Source: the human T2T-CHM13v2.0 reference genome, Homo sapiens | NCBI RefSeq assembly: GCF_009914755.1 | Contig: NC_060928.1 | Length of the DNA stretch: 64,000 nucleotides | Direction: 5' to 3' (one strand) | Shown: piece after piece, positions 1-11,393 of the stretch | How positions within the stretch are numbered: position 1 is the first letter of the stretch | How the letters are laid out: each line of letters opens with the position of its first letter | Notes under the pieces: generated by a model | Databases searched by the model: none | The model's input: the letters and a program-made list of their open reading frames with translations, nothing else | What the model was told of the DNA's origin: nothing | Position numbers and translations under genes: made by a program

Positions 1-152
1 TTTTCTATAGAGTTCCGTGGTTTATTTAATCAGATTTTTAATGCTGGACAATCAGTTATTTCCTACGTTTTGCTACACAATTAGTGCTGCAGCAAAGACT
101 GTGCATATGTCTATATATTGTTACAGGTTAATCTTCAAAATAGAATTAACTA

Positions 153-455
<303 letters not shown>

Positions 456-1343
456 GCAGTGAACTTGAGAAAATAGTATACATGAAAGTTGAGGATCTGA
501 GAAATCATTGCCTCAAAACTATTTAAATCCACATTCCTTAAGGAAAGTCTTCATGAATTGCCAGATTACACTTACTAAACTCTGCACAACTTGGTTTGTC
601 AACTGAAAAGAGATAAGTTCTTTGGAAAAATCTAAAAGGCTGAACATCCCAGATCATGATAAAGTGGCACCAGGCAAGAAACAGAGCAGTAAGAACAAAG
701 ACAGAGCCTGTCAAGCTGCTGGACGTGGCCTCATTGATGTTCCATTATGTTTTCCAATTGTTCGAACAGGTTGTTGCCAGCTTGCTTGGGATCAGTCCCT
801 CATGGGGGACTGATCATGCTCACTGTGATCATTTTCAGTGACTCAGGCAGACTTCTTCCAGTCCTGATGAGGATCCAAAAAAAATAAAAATGAAATCCCC
901 AACTCAATGTTTAAAAAAACAGGGTTCAAAGGAAAGTAAGTTAAGAAGGAAAATGTAAGAGACTCTAAATTTAGAGCAAATGAAGTTCTAGTGTCTGGGA
1001 TTAGCAAAGACTAAATTTTCTACAGGCTGGCTGTTTTCTTTTCACATGCCACCTCTGTAAGGTGTCAATTATATAGATGACTTTTATCTCTTGAAGCTGG
1101 GGTCTAATATCTAATTGAAGTCTGCTGACTAATTGACAGTTTTGTTTTATGAAAGAAATAGAAATAATCTCAGATAAAATGTAATAAATAAATACCAAAA
1201 ATCCTTCTTACAATTTGGTCTACATTGCAAAACTATTAAAGATGAATTGATTTCCATTTTCTTGCTACTATAAGTGTGAATGCTTTTGTATTTATTAAGA
1301 ATATGGAATATTACTTATAATTTATTTTTCATATGTAATGAAT

Positions 1344-1719
1344 TGATATGTTTTGACTGTGTCCCTACCCAAAATCTCATCTTGAAGTGTAATCTCCATA
1401 ATCCCCATGTGTCAAGGGTGGGACCAGGTGGAGGTAATTGAATCGTGGGAGTGGTTTCCCCCATGCTGTTCTCATGATAGTGAGTGAGTCTCACAAGATC
1501 TGATGATTTTATAATCATCTGGCATTTCCCCCGCTTACACTCACTCCATCCTATCACTCTGTGAAGAAAGTCCCTGCTTCTCCTTTGCCTTCTACCATGA
1601 TTGTACGTTTCCTGAGGCCTCCCCAGCCATGCAGAACTAAGAGTCAATTAAATATCTTTCTTTATAAAGTACCCAGTCTTGGGTATTTCTTTGTAGTAGC
1701 GTGAGAACGGACTAATATA
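1344..1719 (+). mobile_element. THE1 (MaLR) solo LTR, THE1C/D-like
   Basis: TGATATG...ACTAATATA termini typical of THE1 LTR; 5 bp TSD TGAAT at 1339-1343 and 1720-1724. Confidence 0.93.
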
Positions 1720-2380
1720 TGAATGTTAACATTCCTCTTTTTTTTTGCTTGATAAAGCCTTTATGTATCTTTTAAGTATCAAATAGTATTTCTTAGAAGC
1801 CTTCTGAAAATATTATGCCTGAATATTGATGCTATACAAAGAGATAATAATGTCTCCTTTGAGAATTTATGTTCACAAGGCATCCCTCACAAGAATTTGA
1901 AGCCTTATTTTGTATACCTATGTAAAATACTTTAATTTAAGTGATATTAGAGTAATATGTCCACCCCCAGGGAAAGTGACAAAAAGAAAATTCAAACAAT
2001 TCAATGTCAATCAGACTTCAATACTATTATAAGAAAAAATTTCCAAGTAATACCTATTCACAGTAGAAAATAACAAATTCCACAAGAAATGAAAGTACTA
2101 TGAATGAGAAGCTGTAGAAACTACACACAAAAGATGACTACTGAAGACAATAACTTCAGATGTTAAAATAAATCAGACAATGAAATATAATAATATTATA
2201 ACATCAATATTATTAGAACATGAAATATTATTATGAATAACAAATACATGGATACTTGAAAATATGAAAATGGTGGATGATTAGAAGTGAGCATATGTAA
2301 CATACAAATAATTTGAGTTTGAAATAAAATATTAGAAGAAATAGAACTAGTAATACAATTTAATCAAAGTAACGATAAAA

Positions 2381-2512
2381 AAAGAGAGAAAGGAAGGAAG
2401 GAATGAAGGAAAGAAGGAAGGAAAAGCAAAAAAAGAGGGAAAAGAAAGAGAGAGAGAGAATGAAGGAAGAAGGAAGGATGAAAAGAAGGAAGGAAGGAAA
2501 GAAAGAAAAGAA
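2381..2512 (+). repeat. GA-rich simple repeat (GGAA/GAAA)n
   Basis: Visible purine-rich run of AAGG/GAAA units. Confidence 0.9.
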
Positions 2513-3019
2513 ATTCTCCTATTAGGCATAGCGAGTAAAATTGCAGTAAACCAAAGATAGAGAGAAAGTCTTAGAAGCAGCTGAGGTGAGAGAAGATTGC
2601 CTGCAAAGGAACTTCAATTAACTGAAGGGCTGACTTTTCAAGGACAAGACCAGAATTGAAGGAAATTGTTATATCTTTAATGTATTGAAAGAAAACACAT
2701 TTCAACCTAGATTGTTGTAATCAGTGAAACCATCTCTCAAGAATAAGAACAGAACAAGGACAGAACAAGCACAGAATAAAGACATTATCTGAAAAACAAA
2801 AACAGAAATTTCCCCCACCTCAAATAGCCAACAAAAATGAACGGCGATAATGAGTTTCAAAAACTGGATGAAAAGAATTGAGAAATAATAATGAGCTCCC
2901 AAATTAGAAACACAAGAAACAGAAAATAAGGAGAAAAGAAAAACACATAATACTAGAAATAAATCAAAATACTGAATTCAAGAGAAGTGCCTTAAACATA
3001 AAACCAAATATGTTAAATA

Positions 3020-3235
3020 AATTACGTATATTATACTAGGTAACTATTAATTAAATTAATACTGCTATTCAAATATTATATATAAATTACACTAGATAAG
3101 TGTTTATTAAATTAATGCTGCTCTTCAAAAATTGCATATAATATTACACTAGGCAAGAATTAATGTTGCTATTGAAAAACTGTGTATAATATTACACTAG
3201 GTAAGTATTAATTAAATTAATGCTGATATTCAATT
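3020..3235. repeat. Degenerate ~56 bp AT-rich minisatellite, ~4 copies
   Basis: ACTAG anchors at 3035, 3091, 3148, 3196, each followed by AATTAAT..TGCT/TGAT-like motif. Confidence 0.85.
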
Positions 3236-4454
3236 ATCAATTGTTTGATAATATTCAATTATCAAACAAATTAGAAATAAAGCATAAGTGTTAGCTTTAT
3301 ATGGATCACTACTATAAAGTAAAAAGATTCAAAAAGCCAGGAGCATATATATGCCCTTCTAATTATTGGAATCATACAGAAAACAGTCAGTAACAAACAC
3401 ATATCTAGATCATTTATATATGGTTGAAATGTAAAGCACACTTCTAGTTAATGATCAAAATAAAATTACAATTTAAAAAAGAGTTAAAATTAAGCAATAA
3501 GGAATCTTCTATCAATCAAAACTTACAAATGATTTCACTAGACTATCAGATTATTTTGATAAGGACAATAGCTAGTGATTATAAGGATCTAGAGCAATGT
3601 AAAAATGTGTAGAGAAATAAGCTCGACAAAAAGAACATACGTTACATAATTCTTTGGAAATTGATTTCCAAAACAAATAATAGTGTCCTTTGGACAGCAT
3701 GGCTTAACTCTGAGAGGACTTCGGGGAGCCAGCTGGGGTACTGGAGGTGTGTTATACCTTGATCTGTGCTGCAGTTACATAACTGTAACATTTAAAAATA
3801 TTCATCAAGTTGTGCACTTCGCATCATGCACTTTGCTTTATAAAATTATGCCTCAACAAGAAAAAAAACAAAAATTTCAATGGCTGCAGTATAGTGGTCT
3901 TACAAAAAATTTTTAAGAAAAATCTAAAGCAGAACATAGACGAGAAAATTCAATCAACCTACAAAAGAAATGAAGAAAAAAATCGCAATTAATGATCTTA
4001 GCATCCCATTTTAATGTAAAAGCAGTCAGCAGAAAACAACAAAAGAAATTTAAATAATAATAATAATTGGCAATTAGAGAATAAAAATACAGATTTTTTT
4101 TTTGGTAAAGACTAAAACAGTACTAAAAATACCCAAGTGTGAGTCCCAAGAGTAAGACAAAGTAGATAAGGAACAAGAAATATATTTTATATAATATAGG
4201 AGGCCATTACTTCTAATTTAAAGTGATTAAAATCTTTGAGTATTTGGTGAAAAAAATTTAAAAGCTAAGATGGGAAAAATATATTACTTATCTAACCTGA
4301 CTCAAAATGAAATAGTAAAGAAAAATAATCTTGTAATCATTAGTAAAATTGCACCTATAGTCAAAATCTTTTCACAAAGAAGATGACAGGCTGAATAATT
4401 TTAAGGGCAAGTTCCACCACACATTCAAGTAGCAGATTTTATGTGATCTATTCC

Positions 4455-4597
4455 CCTAGAACTTCTAAGGGGGAAAAAAAAGATAAACAGAAGTGTAAGT
4501 AGTTTGCATTTGCATCTTGATCCTAAAGATTAGAAGATAAAAACGCAAACTATTTACACTTCTGTTTATCTTTCTTTTTTTCCTTAGGAGTTCTAGG
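4455..4597. repeat. Long inverted repeat, 64 bp arms, 15 nt loop
   Basis: 4455-4518 is the reverse complement of 4534-4597 at 55/64 ungapped positions. Confidence 0.95.
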
Positions 4598-5299
4598 CAG
4601 TTTACTAAGAAATGAATTATATGCATGAAACAAAATTCTAGTTATTTGCAATTGGATTGTTATGTGCATAGCAAATGCAACAAATTTATAAATAAATTAT
4701 TAGGGTTAATAAAAAAGTTTATAATGGCTGATTAACCAAAAAAAAATACATGGCAATAATTATTTCTTTTTTTTCTAATTATTTCCAAGGAGGTTTCCAT
4801 ATCTTGTCAACATCAACATTTTTACAAGAGCAAATCAAATTCTGAATTATGTTAGATGATGTAAAAGGCCTTTGGGAACAGAGTTGTAAAATTTCATCAA
4901 ACAATATGGGTGAGATATACCATCAAATATTATAAAGATTCCAGTTGAATCAAAAGATACATGAATGAATATAATTTAGTACGTTTATATAATAAAATAT
5001 CATAGGGCAATAAAAGTGAATAAACTATAGATGTTTGCATGGAAAACTTCTAGGAGAAATAATATAGTTTTGAATAATAAAAGCAAATCACAGAATGATA
5101 CATATTGCAAGTATTTTTGTAAAGTGCAAAAACAGGCAAAAATTTTAAAATAAACACCTTTTAAGGATATAGGCCTATATTTTTTGTGTATTTTTAGCTG
5201 TTTTCAATATTCAAAACTCAAAATTTTATAATTTTTTTTTCTCATGAAACTCTCTAGAACACACATAACTCCTTCCATTTAGAGACTCCATCACCTCTA

Positions 5300-5545
5300 C
5301 AGTGACATACTTCCTCACCCATCTAGCTGAGGGGTAAAAACAGCAAGGAAGAACACACCCACTTCTTAACCACTCCGTTCCCAAAGTGCCACATATCACT
5401 TCCACTCATTGTCCAGTCAAGCAAGAACTTGTCATGTCGCCCCACCTAAATACAAGGGAGCTCGGGGGCAAGTTCTTACAGAGGCAGCTGCTTCCTAGTG
5501 ACAACTTTACAACAAACCAGGGAGCTTACACTTCTTGTGTAAGTT
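5300..5545 (-). mobile_element. Old MLT1 (MaLR) LTR fragment
   Basis: CACATATCACTTCCACTCATTG...GTCATGTCGCCCCACCTAAATACAAGGGAG resembles antisense MLT1J/K/L. Confidence 0.55.
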
Positions 5546-5783
5546 AAACAACTTTGTTATAAGATGCAAATGAAAAACTTAAATGAAAAACTTAGGAGGG
5601 GATATAAATGTAAACTTAGTGTTATTTTGAGACGAAGCGGGAAATGAAGTCATGGTAAGAAGAGTGCACCTTTCAAAGCTACAGATAGTATCATACTTTA
5701 TAAGTTTGAGGTAAGTATATTAATGTTTATATTATTATTATTGAAAATGTGCAAAATTTATATGACCATCATATCTTTATATA

Positions 5784-6128
5784 CAGCCACCCTTTGGTAT
5801 TTGTGAGGGATTGGTTCCAGGACCTCCCGTGGATGCCAAAATCTGTGGATGCTCAAGTCTGTGATATAAAACGACCTAGTATCTGCATGTAACCTATACA
5901 GATCCTCCTATACTTTAAATTGTCTCTACATTACTTATAATACCTAAAACAATATAAATGCTATGTTATTAGTTGTCAATCTATACTGTTTAGGGAATAA
6001 TGACAAGAAAAAAAAAGTCTGGACAGATACAATCTTTTTTTTAAAAAAAAAATTTTGACCCAGAGTTGGTTGAATCCTCTCATGAGAAATCCTCTGATGT
6101 GAAATCCTCTGATACAGAGTGCTGACTG
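5784..6128 (+). mobile_element. MER2 (TcMar-Tigger MITE)
   Basis: CAGCCACCCTTTGGTATTTGTGAGGGATTGGTTCCAGGACC start, GCTGACTG end, TA flanks; strand nominal. Confidence 0.9.
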
Positions 6129-6229
6129 TAAATATACATATATAATATACATATACATACATGTTTGTGAGCTCTGTGTGTGTGTGTGAGATTGATAACA
6201 AAAGATGAAAAATAAGATAGAAGTGAATG

Positions 6230-6564
6230 CACTTGACCCTTGAACAATGCAAGGATTAGGTCCCCGATCTTCACAGAGTCCACACACATGCTTAACCTTT
6301 GACTTCCCCAAAACTTAACTGTTTTTAGTCTACTTTTGTCCAGACACCTTAAGGATGGCATAAACAGTTGATCAACACATAAAAAGACTAGTATCTACAT
6401 ATATTCATGACATACCAAATTTTTCTTGTTTTTTTATATTCCTGGGCTATGTAGTTTTTCAAATTGTCACAATCTTTAAAAGTTGTTTCAATTGATTTAG
6501 TGAAAAAAAAAACCACATTCTAGGAAATGAACAGTTCAAACCCATGTTGTTCTCATATCAACTG
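6230..6564. mobile_element. Tigger2-family MITE (Tigger2a/b or MER8-like)
   Basis: CACTTGACCCTTGAACAA start and GTTCAAACCCATGTTGTTC...TCAACTG end match Tigger2 TIRs. Confidence 0.8.
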
Positions 6565-6584
6565 TACAATGTTAATTATGATAA

Positions 6585-6790
6585 TCAATAGTATCTATTG
6601 AGTACTACTTATTATGGACCAGGAATTGTTTGAATACTTTAAATGGTTAGCTTTGCTAATCATCACAGCACATCTATAATAGTAGCACAATTCCCATCAT
6701 ATAAAAGATGAAATAATGTATAACTTGCCAAGGTCACAGAGTTTGTATGAGCCAAAAATTGTAAAGCTAGTAAGTGACAAAGATAGATTT
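6585..6790 (-). mobile_element. MIR SINE remnant
   Basis: TAACTTGCCAAGGTCACA...AGCTAGTAAGTG MIR core. Confidence 0.6.
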
Positions 6791-6913
6791 TTTAATTTTT
6801 AAATTTGTAAAAAATTTAAAAGTTGAAATCCTGGTGAATGGGAATAGGAATGTTTGTTCTGCATTTTTTTAAATTTTTGTCTCAAATAATTTTGCAAAAA
6901 AAGAAATACTATA

Positions 6914-7281
6914 CAACAATGATAGACTGGATTAAGAAAATGTGGCACATATACACCATGGAATACTATGCAGCCATAAAAAATGATGCGTTCATGTCCT
7001 TTGTAGGGACATGGATGAAATTGGAAACCATCATTCTCAGTAAACTATTGCAAGAACAAAAAACCAAACACCGCATATTCTCACTCATAGGTGGGAATTG
7101 AACAATGAGATCACATGGACACAGGAAGGGGAATATCACACTCTGGGGACTGTGGTGGGGTGGGGGGAGGGGGGAGGGATAGCATTGGGAGATATACCTA
7201 ATGCTAGATGATGCGTTAGTGGGTGCAGCGCACCAGCATGGCACATGTACCCTAAAACTTAAAGTATAAAAAAAAAAAAAA
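6914..7281 (+). mobile_element. Young L1 3' end (L1PA2/L1HS-intermediate), 5'-truncated
   Basis: Encodes ORF2 C-terminus (TMIDWIKKMWHIYTMEYYAAIK...FSLIGGN*), G-rich 3'UTR, poly(A). Confidence 0.96.
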
Positions 7282-7319
7282 GACTGATTTTTTTTTCAGA
7301 GAATTTAGATCAAGACAAT

Positions 7320-9420
7320 ATATAGGGAAACTCAGGGGCTAAGCAAAATCAAGAGTGAGAGATGTTAGTGGTTTATAGAAATTTAGTGGTGGAAAGAAAA
7401 TGGAAAAAATATGGGACATATTTTGATTGCACAAAAAATAAATTTTTCATTGATCAAGTATGGAGTGGTTTTTCAAAAAAGGAATGGCAGACAAGAATTC
7501 TTGGTCTCATGAAAAACAGGATGTAAGTTTCAGTCCTGCTTAGGCATAATGAAAAAAATGTAATGAAGAATTTTAATAAAGAATAGTATTTGGCTATAAA
7601 ATCAAAGTTTAGTTGGTTCTGAGGTTCTTATAAGACACTAAAGTCTTACAAGTGCTCTCAGAGGTCAGTCTGGGATCATGTGCATATATAATATATTTAG
7701 CTATTTAAGGCTGGTATAGCGTGTTGTAAATTTGGGAGACATCAATATACTGATTCTGCTTAATCGTCGTGGGACAAGATGTGATTTCCTATATGGCAGT
7801 TTTAAATAAAAATTTTAGATTTATTTTTAAAGAGCACCCTGGATAAAGCAGTAGGTCATTCTTTAAAAATAGATGCCAGGGCAAGAGCAGAGTTAGAAAT
7901 GAAAAACTGAAAAGAGTCAGCCTATGATGTAGTAAAGAAGCCAAGAATGTATGCTGGAAATAGAAGGAATATAAATAAATGTTTTCAAATTGTGGTAGTG
8001 CTAAAATGTAACAAGTGATACTAAGTGACTGAGTGGGATGATGGCAGAGAATATATTATTAAAATTGGCAATTGGAAAGTTCTTGGTGACCTTGATAAGA
8101 CTTTTCACAGAGTCGTCAGCAGAGAAACCTGACTGTAGTGGGTTAGAGAGTGGGAGGTGGCAACAGTAGAGATAGAAATAAAATATGACATCTTCAAGAA
8201 ATTTTACTGTAAATGACATGGATGCAGCTGTAGGCCATAATCTTCAGCGAATTAACACAGAAACAGAAAATTAAATACTGCATGTTCCCACTTACTAGTG
8301 GACGCTAAACACTAATTAAGCACGGACACAAAGATGGAAAAAATAGACACTGAGGATTATAAAAGAGTTGGGGGAGGGAGGATAGAAAGGATTGGGAATC
8401 TACCCATCAGGTACTATATTCACTACTTGGGTGACAGGATCATTAGAAGCCCAAACCTCAGCATTATACAATGGAACAAACTTGCAACAGGTGCCCCAAG
8501 TCTAAAGTAAAATTTTTAAGAAATATAAAAACAATAAGTTGTTTTTAATAACAAAAAGAATTTTGCTGTAAATTGATACAGAAAATTACAGCAAAATAAT
8601 TTGCTAGAGATGGACAAGCAAATGAAGGGGGGCATTGGTTGCAAGGAAGGAATTATAGTCGTTTGCAAGATGACTGGAGTACTGAACTAGGAGGGTGAAT
8701 TCAATGAATCATAAAAAAGAAAGGGTGTTTGTGTAAACGAGGGTATTCAGTAGGCAAAGTAGATGGGATCCCAAGCATAAGAGCTGCAGGCCAAAGTTAG
8801 GAAGACTGAGGCATTTCCTACATCATGTGGAAAGACAACTGTGGGCAAAGAGAATGTGGCTTCCAAGATTTAGTGTTAGCTTTTGTCATCTTCCTCTTCT
8901 ATTTTATTGGTAAAGTGAAATTTGAGGAAGGGTTATCAGATGGCAAATAGGGGTATAGTGGAGGCAAATGGATGGGCAGTGAGAATAATTTACAAAATAA
9001 TCATCTAAGAAAGTGTGAAATCAAATTTCACCAAGAAATATAATAGTCTGTTTGAGAAATAACTGCCAATCTAAAATCTGTGTTCATGGTTCATGATTTT
9101 AAAGTGAGAACAGCCCACATTGTTGTGGGATTTCTTCAACTTGGGTTGCAAACATGGAGTGAAGGTTAGTTTGGTTTCGCTAATAATAATTTTGCCAGTA
9201 ATTAGGAAGGTGAGAGAAGGGGACAAGGGAGTTGAGGGTATTTGCAATGACTGATTTTAACAAAAGATCATGAAATCTAAACTGAGTACGTGAAGAAACA
9301 TCCAAAGTTGGATGAGTACAAGTTAAAAAACAAAAAGGATAAGATTTATAGATTGGGATGTCCAAATGCATTAAAGGGTAAGTGAAGTGGAGCTATAAAG
9401 AGCTAAAAAGATAAGAAGTG
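7320..9420 (-). mobile_element. L2 LINE remnants, interrupted by an L1PB
   Basis: GAAAGTTCTTGGTGACCTTGATAAGA...AGAAACCTGACTGTAGTGGGTTAGAGAGTG is typical antisense L2; boundaries approximate. Confidence 0.65.
8215..8555 (+). mobile_element. L1PB-type 3' end
   Basis: L1 3'UTR motifs; degenerate TSD AAGAA(A)TTTT(A/G)CTGTAAAT at 8196-8214 and 8556-8573. Confidence 0.85.
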
Positions 9421-9958
9421 TTATTTCTAATTAGACTAAATGAAAAAGATAATCTCTCGCTTTGTCTTGAATTATGAACATTTTATCAGGCAATTCTGCC
9501 TTTATCAGTTTAAAAGCAAACTATTTGCTGTAATTGGTTTTTAATTTTTCTTTCTGGTTTCTAGTTGTGATTGACCCTCAAACCACTCCCTCAAAAAAAT
9601 GTCAGATTCTGTCTTTCAAAGTTGGACAACAATCCTTCTTAGAATTTCTGCACATACAAAAGTTTAAAACAGAAAATGAGGTAACATTTTAAAATTATAT
9701 TTTAAATTCGTTTCTTCCTAGTGTATTAGCGGTAGAGATTCAAGCACAATACCCTTAAATAAAAACATGCTGTGATCACATTTAACTATCTGAAAGAGGA
9801 ATTTTTTTTTCTCTACTTTAATCATCTTCAATCTCCCCATGAATATTGTGTCTTTAAGCAATATGTCTTTATACTAACTGTGAAAATAAATTTCATATTC
9901 TATATTGACATGTAGAGCTTTTAGTAAATGGACTAAGAATAAAATTTAATACTATGAT

Positions 9959-10162
9959 TTTAAGAATTAAAGAATGAGGAAAGAAACATGAAAGGTGGCT
10001 TGCCAGTTAAGATAGGTTTATTTTAGAGAAAACAAACCCGAGAGGGGCATCTGGCTGAGTTAAGTTAGAGGCACAATCTCTAACAGACTAAGAGTTTTTC
10101 AGGATTCAGGATGGGAGAGTTTATTAGAAGCTTGAATTTCTTCTGAGGCTTTTTTCTGTGTT

Positions 10163-10200
<38 letters not shown>

Positions 10201-10566
10201 GCACTTATCTGGGAGGGAGAGTTGTATGTTTGTTCCCATACATCTTTCTGCAGCTGCAGGCATACCCCTCGAGTCTGCTTTTATCTTCCTTATCTCAGTG
10301 CACCTGAAGGGAAATAAATGTGCTTATTAAGGCCCACTGTTTTACTGGGGCCCGTTGTATGAGGGTGAAGTTTGACAGTTACCCAAGAGACTTTCCCTGC
10401 ACCTTCTTCTGTGCCTGAGGTGTCTTATCTGTGTTTTACTGTCTGTTCTTTATGGCTGCTTGTAATTAGAAGAGAAGGGGTTTCCCTGAAATGCATGAAG
10501 CTAGAAAGGGAGCTGGAACTTAAGGTGGCGATGTTTGTCCAAAATGATGGTGCTCCTTCTCTATCA
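9959..10566 (-). mobile_element. ERV1-class solo LTR (LTR19-like)
   Basis: Reverse strand starts TGATAGAGAAGGAGCACCATCATTTTGGACAAAC, has AATAAA near its 3' end, ends TTTAATTCTTA; contains (GTT)n at 10164-10200; subfamily uncertain. Confidence 0.75.
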
Positions 10567-10589
10567 GTAATAAGTGTGAAAAATGTTAC

Positions 10590-10881
10590 TTTTTTTTTTT
10601 TTTGAGATGAAGTCTTGCTCTACCGCATAGGCTGGAGTGCAGTGGTGAGACCTTGGCTCACTGCAACCTCCACCTCCTGAGTTGAAGTGATTCTCTTGCC
10701 TCAGCTTCCTGAGTAGCTGGGCTTACAGGCATGCACCACGATGCCTGGCTAATTTTTGTATTTTTAGTAGAGATGGGGTTTCACCATGTTAGCCAGGCTG
10801 GTCTCAAACTCCTGACCTCATATGATCCACCTGCTTAGGCCTCCCAAAGTACTGGGATTACAGGCATAAGCCACCGCACCC
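10590..10881 (-). mobile_element. Alu SINE, AluS-like
   Basis: Poly(T) followed by full antisense Alu dimer. Confidence 0.95.
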
Positions 10882-11393
10882 ATACACGTCTGCTTATTAA
10901 AAGCATTTCAGATTTCTTTCAATATTTGCTAGCTTAGGTTTAGGGAGAAAAAGTGATGATTTAATTGATAAAGAGATCACCGAAATATTGTATTATTGAA
11001 TTTTGAATATAAAAGTAAGTTTGTAGCTCATCAAATAAACCTCCTTTATTTATAGATGAGAAGTCAGAAAACAAAAACTTTTTCTTAAGGGGTTTGTTGA
11101 AATGCAGTGAGTGCTTACATTCCAAGTCCACTGAACTATCTTTTGCTGAATTTTTATGATGTTCTTATTTGGTACTTATTGTTATTTGTGGGGATAATAT
11201 GGTGTAAAAGAATAATAAGTAACATGACCTATTAATTTTTAAAGTTGGACTTTTCTTCACAATATAATTCATAAAATAATTTTAATCAGATATGTATCAG
11301 TATAGAAATCTGTTTTCCAAGAAAATTCAATACATAATGCATTCCTTACATGAATTTTATCACGAATTTTACAGTCTGTCAAGCTGTCTTTTA

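Larger units (their letters stand above)
1960..5200 (+). mobile_element. Highly diverged old L1 (L1M) fragments, ORF1/ORF2/3' pieces
   Basis: A-rich + strand with degenerate L1 motifs (ORF1-like ~2560-2720, RT-like TTATTTGCA...GATTGT ~4640, 3'UTR-like 3730-3860); boundaries approximate. Confidence 0.55.

Noticed and set aside
864-900. CTGATGAG followed by GAAA, resembling a hammerhead ribozyme core or snoRNA C box
   Set aside because: No stem II can form between CUGAUGA and GAAA (an A-run intervenes), and I see no terminal stem with a matching D box.
3020-3235. Regularly spaced repeats suggesting a CRISPR-like array
   Set aside because: Whole units are homologous with no unique spacers; no cas genes; primate context.
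7145-7180. G-quadruplex-like G-run cluster
   Set aside because: Standard feature of the L1 3'UTR; nothing specific to this locus.
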